Shown here: one piece after another, positions 1-8,234 of the stretch | How the letters are laid out: each line of letters opens with the position of its first letter | Position numbering within the stretch: position 1 is the stretch's first letter | NCBI GenBank assembly: GCA_036500885.1 | Contig: DASYBH010000261.1 | Span: 1-31,356, forward strand | DNA: 31,356 bases | Reading direction: 5' to 3' | DNA from: Candidatus Dormiibacterota bacterium | GTDB taxonomy: Bacteria; Chloroflexota; Dormibacteria; Dormibacterales; Dormibacteraceae | Notes under the pieces: model-generated | Databases searched by the model: none | Seen by the model: only the letters and a program-made list of their open reading frames with translations | What the model was told of the DNA's origin: nothing | Position numbers and translations under genes: made by a program

Positions 1-1177
1 ATGCCGTCCAGCCCGCGGCGGCCACGGCCGAGATGACTCCGATTCCGGCCGCAACGACCACCGCCCAGGGGACGAGGCTGACGGCGCCCAGCCTCGGACC
101 GCCGACCGTGCTCGCCACGAGCGCACCCAACCCCGTGGCCACGGGCACCGACGCCCCCGCACCGATGGCCGAGGCGACAAGGCCGACCAGGAGTCCTTCG
201 CCCACCAGCACCGCATACACCTGGCGCTGGGTGAGCCCGACGGACCTCATCAGGCTGAGCTCCTCTCGGCGCTGCCTGAGACTGATGGCGAACGTGTTGA
301 ACACCGTCGCGATCGCCGCCAGCAGGGCACCGGCCGCCAGCAGGACGACCAAGAGATCGATAGCCTGGGAGCGCGAGGCGAGGGCGTCGACCTGCGCTTC
401 GATGTATTCGCGCCGCGTGATGGCGGCAGTCCCATCTGGAGGCAGCGCCGCCGTGACGCGGGCGCGGAGGGCATCGGCGCTGACGCCGGGGACCGCGGCG
501 ACCTCGAGCAGGTCCCAGCTGTCCCCGACGCCCACCATCTCCTGAGCCCAGCCAGCACTGACGACGACAGCCGCAGGAGCGCTGAGGTCGGCGGATTGGA
601 TCGGTGCGACCAGGCCGACGAGGGTCGCCGGGCGAGGTGACTGAGCGCCCAGCCCTGCCAGCACCGGCGAGCCCACACGAAGACCGGCCTCCCGCGCCGT
701 GGCCGCGTCCACGACCGCCTCGCCGGGGGCCAGGGGAGCCCGTCCGAAAGTGAGCCGGTACGCCGCGAGCGATGGATCGCCCGGCCATGAGTAGCCGTAG
801 AGGGGGCGGCCGGCAGCGTAGAAATTCCCCTGCGGAGAGGCCAGTTCAGCGAGGCGGACGACCTGGCCGGCAGCGACCCGAACGCCTGGCACCGCCTTCA
901 CCGTCGCGAGCGTCGAGTTGGCCACGGGTGCGAAGTCGCTGATGCCCTGGCGGCGGTCTGTCTCGGGTCCTCGTACGTAGACGTCGACGCCGTTGGTCCG
1001 CTGGGTGACTGCCAGCGCATAGGCCCGGCGCGTCCCGTCAGCGAGGAGTAGGGCGCCGCTCACGAGCGCGACTCCCGACGCCACCGCGAGCGCCGTAAGC
1101 AACAGGCGGCTGCCGCGGTGGACCGTGCCACGCACGGTGAGGACGAACACGCCACCAAGCCTTAACCCGTGCACCAT
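1..1177 (-). CDS. FtsX/MacB-type ABC transporter permease (runs off the left edge; absent from the ORF track)
   Basis: Manual translation from ATG at 1177 is open to the window edge: MVHGLRLGG...SRLLLTALAVASGVALVSGALLLADG (TM1), then a periplasmic domain (GRAPLAPGEAVVDAATAREAGLRVG), then the FtsX motif IATVFNTFAISLRQRREELSLMRSVGLTQRQVYAVLVGEGLLVG. Confidence 0.9.
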   Translation of the reverse strand, partial: MVHGLRLGGVFVLTVRGTVHRGSRLLLTALAVASGVALVSGALLLADGTRRAYALAVTQRTNGVDVYVRGPETDRRQGISDFAPVANSTLATVKAVPGVRVAAGQVVRLAELASPQGNFYAAGRPLYGYSWPGDPSLAAYRLTFGRAPLAPGEAVVDAATAREAGLRVGSPVLAGLGAQSPRPATLVGLVAPIQSADLSAPAAVVVSAGWAQEMVGVGDSWDLLEVAAVPGVSADALRARVTAALPPDGTAAITRREYIEAQVDALASRSQAIDLLVVLLAAGALLAAIATVFNTFAISLRQRREELSLMRSVGLTQRQVYAVLVGEGLLVGLVASAIGAGASVPVATGLGALVASTVGGPRLGAVSLVPWAVVVAAGIGVISAVAAAGWTA

Positions 1178-1203
1178 ATTCAGAATGCTAGCGTCTGGAG
1201 ATT
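1178..1203. promoter_or_regulatory. Candidate back-to-back bidirectional promoter
   Basis: Only 26 bp separate the divergent ATGs. Minus-strand TAGCAT (1190-1185) lies 7 nt before ATG 1177, and plus-strand TAGCGT (1189-1194) lies 9 nt before ATG 1204. The two hexamers overlap on the palindrome GCTAGC. Confidence 0.5.
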
Positions 1204-1599
1204 ATGACTCGATGTCAGGGGGTTGTAGTCTTCGTTCTCTTTCTGACCGCCGCCGCGGGTTGTGGGGGTTCGAGCGGCTCGAGCGACTCGAACGACGCTG
1301 GCCATCCCACCCCCGGCGCGAATGCAGTGGTGACAGCCGTCAAGTTGACCGATTCTGGCTGCGTTCCAGAGAACTTCAGCCTGCCCGCCGGCAGCCTCGT
1401 CTTCAGCGTGACCAACAGCGGCACGACCAAGGTCAAGGAGATGGAGATCCAGGACGCCGGAGGAGGCCGCGTGCGGGGCGACATCGAGGGCGTCGAGCCT
1501 GGACAGACGAAGTCCTTCGTCGTCGACCTGCCTGCCGGGACCTACAGTGTGAAGTGCCCACATGACGCGAGCCACACGGGCGCCCTCACCGTCAGGTGA
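1204..1599 (+). CDS. Cupredoxin-domain lipoprotein (EfeO N-terminal Cup-like, standalone)
   Basis: Signal peptide with lipobox AAGC (C20) and a Gly/Ser linker, followed by GCVP...GSLVFSVTN...KEMEI...IEGVEPGQTKSFVVDLPAGTYSVKC, which resembles the EfeO cupredoxin domain. No M75 domain follows. Confidence 0.8.
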   Translation: MTRCQGVVVFVLFLTAAAGCGGSSGSSDSNDAGHPTPGANAVVTAVKLTDSGCVPENFSLPAGSLVFSVTNSGTTKVKEMEIQDAGGGRVRGDIEGVEPGQTKSFVVDLPAGTYSVKCPHDASHTGALTVR

Positions 1600-2288
1600 C
1601 GGTCGCGACCGCCGCTGAAGCGCCAGCCGCGCGGCTGGACGAAGCCACGGTCCAGCACGTGAGCGAGGGCGAGGTCGTCACGGCGCTCGACAGTGTCACG
1701 GTTGCGATTCCGCGCCGATGCTTCACGGTCGTGACCGGGCGGTCGGGATCGGGCAAGTCGACACTGATCCGCGTGCTGGCGGGTCTGCAGCGACTCACCT
1801 CGGGCAGCGTGTACATCGGCGAGGTCTCAATCGGAGATCTCAACGAAGACCGGTTGACGGTGCTTCGACGCGAGCGCGTGGCAGTGATCTTCCAGGCATT
1901 CAACTTGCTGCCGCAGCTGAACGTGGAAGCCAATCTACGACTCCCTCTGGAGCTGGCGGGACGCGCCCTGGACCAGGCATGGATGGAGGAGGTGGTGACG
2001 CGCCTCAACCTCGCCGGACGATTGCGCCGGGCGCCAGCCCAGCTCTCGGGCGGTGAACGTCAGCGGGCGGCCGCAGCACGGGCGCTGATCAGCCGGCCTG
2101 AGCTGATCCTGGCCGATGAACCGACCGGGAACCTGGACCGACGACACGGAGCTGAGCTGATCGCGATCTTGCGTGAAGCGGTCACGGAGATGGGGCAGAC
2201 CGTGCTGATGGTCACCCACGACGAGCCAGCGGCAGCGGCGGCGGACCACCACATCCACATGACCGACGGCCGCGTGACCTCGCACTGA
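1596..2288 (+). CDS. ABC transporter ATP-binding protein (LolD/MacB-type)
   Basis: Walker A GRSGSGKS, Q-loop IFQAFNL, signature LSGGERQR, Walker B LILADEPTGNLD and H-loop VTHD. The GTG start overlaps the upstream TGA (GTGA). Confidence 0.95.
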   Translation: MTVATAAEAPAARLDEATVQHVSEGEVVTALDSVTVAIPRRCFTVVTGRSGSGKSTLIRVLAGLQRLTSGSVYIGEVSIGDLNEDRLTVLRRERVAVIFQAFNLLPQLNVEANLRLPLELAGRALDQAWMEEVVTRLNLAGRLRRAPAQLSGGERQRAAAARALISRPELILADEPTGNLDRRHGAELIAILREAVTEMGQTVLMVTHDEPAAAAADHHIHMTDGRVTSH

Positions 2289-2303
2289 CCCGGTCGCGCC
2301 CAT

Positions 2304-4427
2304 TCAAGCTGGCGGTCTTCGATCGAGCAGACGGTCGAGCCGGATGGGGAGGTCGCGGACCCGGACGCCGGTTGCGTGATGCACGGCGTTCGCGATCGCG
2401 GCGGCCGTACCCACGATCCCGATCTCGCCGAGGCCCTTGGCGCCCATCGGGTTGAGGTGTGGGTCCTCCTCCTCCACCCAGGCCACCTCGATCGCGCCGA
2501 CGTCCGCGTTGGCGGCGATGTGGTAGCTGGCGAAGTCGTGGTTCGCGTAATCGCCGAGGTTGGGGTCGAGGATGCTCTCCTCGTGCAGCGCCATCGAGAG
2601 GCCCATCGTCATGCCGCCGAGCAGCTGTGAGCGAGCCGTCTTCGCGTTCATGATGCGGCCGCCGGCGAAGACGCCGAGCAGCCTCGGGACGCGCACCTCG
2701 CCGGTGTCGACGTCCACGCGGACCTCCGCGAACTGGGCGCCGAAGGAGTGCATCGCGAACTGCTGCGCCGCCGGATTGGGCCCGGCCTCGCCGCCCGCCT
2801 CCAGGCCCCCGGCAGGGATGACGTCGTCGAGCTCGAGCAGGCGCGCTCGCAGCTTCTGGGCCGCGTCGACGATCGCGGACCCCCACGAGGCCGTCCCCAT
2901 CGAGCCGCCGGCCCCGCCCGCCACCGGCAGGGCGGTGTCGCCGATCTCCACCCGCACGCGCTCGACCGGCTGCCCGAGCGCGTCAGCGGCGATCTGCGTC
3001 AGCACCGTCCAGGCCCCGGTTCCCACGTCCGACGCGCCCACCAGCACCCGGAATGTGCCGTCGCGATCGACGCGTGCGATCGCGGTCGCCGGCGCCCGGC
3101 GGGCCGGGTAGGTCGCGGACGCGACGCCGGAGCCGAGCAGCCAGCGGCCCTCGCGCCGCACGCCCGGCTGCGGATCGCGCCGGTCCCAGCCGAAGCGCGC
3201 CGCGCCCTCCCGGAGACAGGCGACCAGTCCGTGGCTGCTGAAGGGCAGGCCGCTCTCGGGGTGGGCGGAGGGCACGTTCCGGATGCGGAGCTCGATCGGG
3301 TCGAGGCCGCAGGCGATCGCCATCTCGTCCATCGCCGACTCCAGCGCGAACATCCCGGGGCACTCCCCCGGCGCCCTCATGAACGTCGGGTGCGGTACGT
3401 GGAGCCGGGCCAGCCGGTGGGTGGTGCGGCGGTTCGCCGCCGCGTACATCAGCCGCGACGGCACCGCGGTCTGCTCGGCGAACCGGTGGGCCATCGAGCT
3501 CTGCTCGACGACGTCGTGGGAGATCGCCGTCAGCCGGCCGTCGCGGTCCGCACCGAGGCGGATGCGCTGGATCGTGGGCGTGCGATACCCGGCGATGGCG
3601 AACATCTGCTGGCGCGTGAGGGCCAGCTTGACGGGCCGGCCGGCCACCCGCGCCGCCATGATCGCCAGCGCCAGGTGGGGGTGCGGGAGCACCTTGGACC
3701 CGAAGCCGCCGCCGATGTAGGGAGAGATCACGCGGACACGCTCGGGCGGCAGGCCGAACACCCTGGCGACGTTCCCCCTGATCAGGTGCGGGCCCTGGTT
3801 CGAGTCGTAGAGCGTGACGCCGTCCTCGTTCCAGATGGCCACCGTCGAGTGCGGCTCCATCGGGTTGTTGTGGGTGGCCGGCGTCGTGTACGTCTGGTCG
3901 AGCGACACCGGCGCGGCCGCCAGGGCCGCCTCGACGTCGCCGGCCGCGGTGTCGGTCGGGTGACCGGCGTTGATGCGCGGAGGCGTCTCCAGGTCGTCGC
4001 GGCCGGCCCGCAGCTCGACGTCGTGCTGCCCCTCCTCGTACTTCACGGCGAGCAGTCCCGCGGCCTCGCGCGCCACCTCCGGCGTCTCGGCGACCACCGC
4101 CGCCACGACCTGGCCCCGGTAGGCGACGACGTCGGACTGCAGGGCCTCGGACTCGACGTCCTGGAACGTGGGCGGGGCGGGGACCAGCGGTTCGAGACGC
4201 GGGGCGTTCTCGTGCCAGATCACGGCCAGGACGCCGGGCAGCGCGTGCGCCGCCGTCGCGTCGACCGACGCGATCCTGCCGGCCGCGATCGTGCTCTGGA
4301 CCAGGGCCAGGTAGGCCGCCCCCTCGATCGCGTGCTCGTAGGCGTACGTCGCGGCGCCGGTGACCTTGTGGCGCCCGTCGATACGGTCGAGAGGCGCGCC
4401 GATCGCGCGCACGATGAGGTCGGTCAT
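2304..4427 (-). CDS. paoC: Xanthine dehydrogenase family molybdopterin-binding subunit (PaoC/YagR-like), 707 aa
   Basis: True start is MTDLIVRAIG at 4427 (ATGA overlap with the FAD subunit). Motifs: DGRHKVTGAATY, HNNPMEPH, GGGFGSK, MRAPGE, AGGSMG and AKGLGEIG (catalytic Glu). Confidence 0.92.
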   Translation of the reverse strand: MTDLIVRAIGAPLDRIDGRHKVTGAATYAYEHAIEGAAYLALVQSTIAAGRIASVDATAAHALPGVLAVIWHENAPRLEPLVPAPPTFQDVESEALQSDVVAYRGQVVAAVVAETPEVAREAAGLLAVKYEEGQHDVELRAGRDDLETPPRINAGHPTDTAAGDVEAALAAAPVSLDQTYTTPATHNNPMEPHSTVAIWNEDGVTLYDSNQGPHLIRGNVARVFGLPPERVRVISPYIGGGFGSKVLPHPHLALAIMAARVAGRPVKLALTRQQMFAIAGYRTPTIQRIRLGADRDGRLTAISHDVVEQSSMAHRFAEQTAVPSRLMYAAANRRTTHRLARLHVPHPTFMRAPGECPGMFALESAMDEMAIACGLDPIELRIRNVPSAHPESGLPFSSHGLVACLREGAARFGWDRRDPQPGVRREGRWLLGSGVASATYPARRAPATAIARVDRDGTFRVLVGASDVGTGAWTVLTQIAADALGQPVERVRVEIGDTALPVAGGAGGSMGTASWGSAIVDAAQKLRARLLELDDVIPAGGLEAGGEAGPNPAAQQFAMHSFGAQFAEVRVDVDTGEVRVPRLLGVFAGGRIMNAKTARSQLLGGMTMGLSMALHEESILDPNLGDYANHDFASYHIAANADVGAIEVAWVEEEDPHLNPMGAKGLGEIGIVGTAAAIANAVHHATGVRVRDLPIRLDRLLDRRPPA

Positions 4428-5416
4428 CGGTCTCGGGCCTCCGTCTCGTCGAGCAGGCTGCGCACCAGCAGGTTGCTGGCCAGCGGGACCTTGAACGCGT
4501 TGTCGCGGAGCGGGTTCGCCGAGGCGAGCTCGAGCTCGGCGGCGTGACGGAACGCCTCCTCGGTGGCGGGGCCGCCACGCAGGGCGGCCTCGGCCCTCCG
4601 GGCGCGCCACGGCGCGGGCGCGACGCCGCCGAACGCGATGCGGACGTCCCTGACCACGCCGCCGGCGACGTCGATCGCCGACGCCAGCGAGACCAGCGCG
4701 AACGCGTAGGACGCGCGGTCGCGGACCTTGCGATACCGGGATCGCGCCGCGAACGGCAGGGGCGGCAGGTCGACCGCGGTGATCAGCTCGCCGTGCTCTA
4801 GCACGGTGTCGCGGTGCGGCTCGTCGCCCGGCAGGCGGTGGAAGTCGCCGATGGGGATGACTCGCGCGCCTCCCGGCCCCTCGACGTGCACCGCGGCGTC
4901 CAGCGCCGCCAGCGCGACCGCCATGTCCGAGGGATGCACGGCGATGCACGCCTCGGACGCGCCGAGGATGGCGAGGTCGCGATGGTGACCGGTCCGGGCG
5001 GGGCATCCCGTGCCCGGCTCGCGCTTGTTGCACGGCTTGGTGACGTCCTGGAAGTACAGGCAGCGCGTCCGCTGCATCAGGTTGCCGCCGACCGTGGCCA
5101 TGTTGCGGAGCTGTCCCGAGGCCCCCGCGAGCAGCGCCTGCGAGAGGACGGGATAGCTCCTGCGGACCGCCCTGTCGGCGGCCAGGTCGCCGTTGCGCAC
5201 CGCCGCGCCGATCCGCAGCCCCCCACCGGGGAGGGGCTCGATCCGGTCGTGCGGCAGCCGCGACACGTCGACCAGCAGGTCCGGGTTGGCGACACCGAGC
5301 TTCATCAGGTCGACGAGGTTGGTGCCCCCGCCGAGGAAGACGGCGTCCGGCCTGCGGGCGAGGGTCGCGATGGCGGCCGCCTTGTCCGGTGCGCGCTCGT
5401 AGTCGAACGGCCTCAT
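4424..5416 (-). CDS. paoB: Xanthine dehydrogenase family FAD-binding subunit (PaoB/YagS-like)
   Basis: FAD motifs GGGTNLVDLMK and ATVGGNLMQRTRC, the Cys-rich insert C..C..C...C typical of PaoB, and RDRASYAFALVS. Confidence 0.93.
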   Translation of the reverse strand: MRPFDYERAPDKAAAIATLARRPDAVFLGGGTNLVDLMKLGVANPDLLVDVSRLPHDRIEPLPGGGLRIGAAVRNGDLAADRAVRRSYPVLSQALLAGASGQLRNMATVGGNLMQRTRCLYFQDVTKPCNKREPGTGCPARTGHHRDLAILGASEACIAVHPSDMAVALAALDAAVHVEGPGGARVIPIGDFHRLPGDEPHRDTVLEHGELITAVDLPPLPFAARSRYRKVRDRASYAFALVSLASAIDVAGGVVRDVRIAFGGVAPAPWRARRAEAALRGGPATEEAFRHAAELELASANPLRDNAFKVPLASNLLVRSLLDETEARDR

Positions 5417-5922
5417 CGCGCCGCCTCGCCGATCGCGGCGACGATGTTGACGTAGGCGCCGCAGCGGCAGAGGTTGCCGCTCATTCGCTCGCGGATCTCG
5501 TCGGGCGTGAGCTCGATGCCATCGGTGTCGAGGTCAGAGGTGACCACGCTCGGCCAGCCGGCCTCGACCTCTCGCAGCATCCCAACCGCCGAGCAGAGCT
5601 GACCGGGGGTGCAGTAGCCGCACTGGAACCCGTCGTGGGCGATGAACGACCGCTGCAGCGGGTGGAGGCCATCGCCGCCGGCGAGCCCCTCGATCGTGAC
5701 GACGTCCGCGCCCTGGTGCGCGACGGCCAGCGCGAGGCAGCTGTTCGCGCGGCGGCCGTCGAGCAGGACGGTGCAGGCGCCGCACTGCCCGTGATCGCAC
5801 CCCTTCTTGGGACCGGTGATCCCGAGGCGCTCTCGCAGTGCGTCGAGCAGGGTGGTACGGGTGTCGACGACGAGGTGGCGCTCCGAGCCGTTGACCCGAA
5901 GCGTGATCTCTGCATCAATCAT
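5413..5922 (-). CDS. paoA: Xanthine dehydrogenase family 2Fe-2S subunit (PaoA/YagT-like), no Tat leader
   Basis: KGCDHGQCGACT...C and QCGYC...NLCRC cluster motifs. GAGGA ribosome-binding site upstream, and ATGA overlap with paoB. Confidence 0.93.
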   Translation of the reverse strand: MIDAEITLRVNGSERHLVVDTRTTLLDALRERLGITGPKKGCDHGQCGACTVLLDGRRANSCLALAVAHQGADVVTIEGLAGGDGLHPLQRSFIAHDGFQCGYCTPGQLCSAVGMLREVEAGWPSVVTSDLDTDGIELTPDEIRERMSGNLCRCGAYVNIVAAIGEAAR

Positions 5923-6053
5923 CAGCAGTCCTCAAGGGTTGTCCGATCCGATTCCTCGAGAGAGCGCGCGCTCGTATCGAGCCGTCAACGTGCGCAGCCA
6001 GGATCGCGCCAGCCGTGCACAGTCTATCAAGGCGCGAGCTCGGTCCCGCCGGA

Positions 6054-6084
6054 CGACCCCCTCCCCGCACGCGGGGAGGGAGTC
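6054..6084. repeat. GC-rich REP-like hairpin or possible terminator between glgX and paoA
   Basis: Perfect inverted repeat CCCTCCCCGC (6059-6068) / GCGGGGAGGG (6071-6080). Related hairpins occur at 19489 and 25763. Confidence 0.55.
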
Positions 6085-6092
6085 GATGCGCC

Positions 6093-8210
6093 TCACTCGT
6101 CCCTGGAGATCAGAACGGCGATGCTGTGAGGCTCGACGTGGTACGTGCCGCCCTCGACCGGCACCTCCGTGCCGGCCTCGGCGATGTCGTTCGGTGGGTC
6201 GAGCGCGGTGTCGACCTGTCGATACCATCGCCTTCCCCTGAGGGCGGGGATCTCGAAGTCGAGGGGGTGCTCCTCCATGTTCAGCATGGAGTGCAGGTCG
6301 GGCCCGTCCGCCCTGGCGCCGAGCGTGAACGCGAGGACGCCCGAGGCGCCGTCCCCGAAGCTCGGACAGTGCAGCCGGCAGCCGTGCCACGAGACGTCGG
6401 CCAGGCCGCGGGCGTTGACCTCGCCCGTGAAGAAGCGAGCGCGATGGAGCTCCGCATGGTCGCGCCGGTTGGCGATCGTGCGGCTGAAGAACCGCAGCAG
6501 GCCCGCGTTCGACTCGGTCAGTCGCCAGTCGAACCAGCTCAGCGGGTCGTCGTGACAGTAGGCGTTGTTGTTGCCGAGCTGGGTCCGGCGGACCTCGTCG
6601 CCGGCGACGATCATGGGCACCCCCTGCGAGATCATCAGGATGGTGGCGAAGTTCTTGATCTGACGCACCCGCAGTCGCTCCACGGCCGGATCGGCGGTCT
6701 GTCCCTCGACTCCGCAGTTCCAGCTCAGGTTGTCGTCGACCCCGTCCCGGTTGCCCTCGCCGTTGGCGTCGTTGTGCTTGTGATCGTAGGAGACCAGGTC
6801 GTTGAGCGTGAACCCGTCGTGGGCGGTCACGAAGTTGATGCTGTTGATCGGCAGGCGCCCGCCCGCCTGGTAGATGTCGGAGCTGCCCGCGATGCGGGCC
6901 GCGACGACACCGGTCAGTCCGCGGTCGCCACGCACGAAGCGGCGGATGTCGTCACGGTAGCGCCCGTTCCACTGGGCCCACCGGTAGCCGGGGAAGTAGC
7001 CGACCTGGTACAGCCCCGCGGCGTCCCAGGCCTCGGCGATGATCTTGGTGTCGGCCAGCGTCTCGGTCAGCTCGATGTGCCAGAGGACCGGCGCGTAGGC
7101 CATCGGCGCGCCGTCCAGGCCGCGCGAGAGGATCGACCCCTCGTCGAAGCGGAACCCGTCGACGTGCATCTCGCGCACCCAGTACTCGAGGCACTCCACG
7201 ATCAGCTTCTCGGTGATGGGATGGTTGCAGTTGAGCGTGTTGCCGCAGCCCGAGTAGTCCATGTAGTACTGCTTGTCGTCCTGGACCAGGTGGTAGTAGA
7301 CGTTGTTGGCCAGGCCCTTGTAGTTCATCACCGGCCCCTGGTGGTTCCCCTCGCTCGTGTGGTTGAACACGACGTCCAGGATCACCTCTATACCGGCCCT
7401 GTGCAGGGCCTTGACCATGTCCCGGAACTCCCGCACGTGGGTGCCCTCGGCGGGGCTGACGCAGTAGCGGTCGTGCGGCGCGAAGACGGCCACCGGGCTG
7501 TAGCCCCAGTAGTTGGTCAGCCGCGAGCCGTCGGGGCCCACCCGGTCCAGCTCCATCTCGTCGAACATGAAGACCGGCATGAGCTCGACCGCCGTCACCC
7601 CCAGGCCCTTCAGGTGCGGGATCTTCTCGATCAGGCCCTGGAAGGTTCCCGGGTGCCGCACCCCGGAGGTGGGCGACTTCGTGAATCCCCCGAGGTGCAT
7701 CTCGTAGATCACGGTCTCGTGCATGGGACGGTTGATCGGCTGGTCGCCCTCCCAGTCGTAGTCCCGGATGTCGATCACCGTCGCGCGCATCGACGTCGCG
7801 AGGTTGTCGTCCGGACCGCACGCGTTCCCCCGGTGCCAGAGGTCCTTCGTCAGGCCCCTGGCGTAGGGGTCGACGAGGACCTTGGCCGGATTGAAGCGGT
7901 CGCCCCGGCCGTGCAGGTCGTGCGGGCCCGCGACGCGATAGGCATAGTGCGCGCCGGGCCTGAGGCCGCGGACGTACACGTGCCAGAAGTGGAACGTCTT
8001 GTTGACGTCGGCGTCCAGCTCGATGACCTGGATCGGCACGGGGCTGTCATGGGTGTCGAAGAGCAGCAGCGTCACGCCGCTGGCGCCCTCCGCGTAGATC
8101 GAGAAGTTGACGCCGTCGCTGTCGGGGACCGCCCCGAGCGGGTGGGCGCGGCCGGCGTCCACCGGGTACGTTCCGGCCGCCGGCGCCTGCGGCGCCTGTG
8201 TCTGGACCAT
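6093..8210 (-). CDS. glgX: Glycogen debranching enzyme / isoamylase (GH13)
   Basis: N-terminal HPLGA...GVNFSIYA, region I DVVFNHT, nucleophile DGFRFD, acid/base IAEAWD, and NFVTAHDGFTL. Start is ATG 8210 (alternative GTG 8231). Confidence 0.95.
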   Translation of the reverse strand: MVQTQAPQAPAAGTYPVDAGRAHPLGAVPDSDGVNFSIYAEGASGVTLLLFDTHDSPVPIQVIELDADVNKTFHFWHVYVRGLRPGAHYAYRVAGPHDLHGRGDRFNPAKVLVDPYARGLTKDLWHRGNACGPDDNLATSMRATVIDIRDYDWEGDQPINRPMHETVIYEMHLGGFTKSPTSGVRHPGTFQGLIEKIPHLKGLGVTAVELMPVFMFDEMELDRVGPDGSRLTNYWGYSPVAVFAPHDRYCVSPAEGTHVREFRDMVKALHRAGIEVILDVVFNHTSEGNHQGPVMNYKGLANNVYYHLVQDDKQYYMDYSGCGNTLNCNHPITEKLIVECLEYWVREMHVDGFRFDEGSILSRGLDGAPMAYAPVLWHIELTETLADTKIIAEAWDAAGLYQVGYFPGYRWAQWNGRYRDDIRRFVRGDRGLTGVVAARIAGSSDIYQAGGRLPINSINFVTAHDGFTLNDLVSYDHKHNDANGEGNRDGVDDNLSWNCGVEGQTADPAVERLRVRQIKNFATILMISQGVPMIVAGDEVRRTQLGNNNAYCHDDPLSWFDWRLTESNAGLLRFFSRTIANRRDHAELHRARFFTGEVNARGLADVSWHGCRLHCPSFGDGASGVLAFTLGARADGPDLHSMLNMEEHPLDFEIPALRGRRWYRQVDTALDPPNDIAEAGTEVPVEGGTYHVEPHSIAVLISRDE

Positions 8211-8234
8211 GCCGGCTATCCCAGCTCCCACCGC

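Noticed and set aside
788-795. TGAGTAG hexamer matching the regulon motif
   Set aside because: Lies inside the permease coding region (antisense of Tyr-Ser codons) without a partner site or -10 element; likely chance.
4428-5033. N-terminal extension of the 909-aa ORF 2304-5033, and the extensions of ORFs 16763-, 20361-22601, 26243-, 28432-29196, 28995-30911 and 28917-31205
   Set aside because: Upstream in-frame readthrough overlapping other genes. The real starts are marked by RBS, stop-start overlaps and family N-termini.
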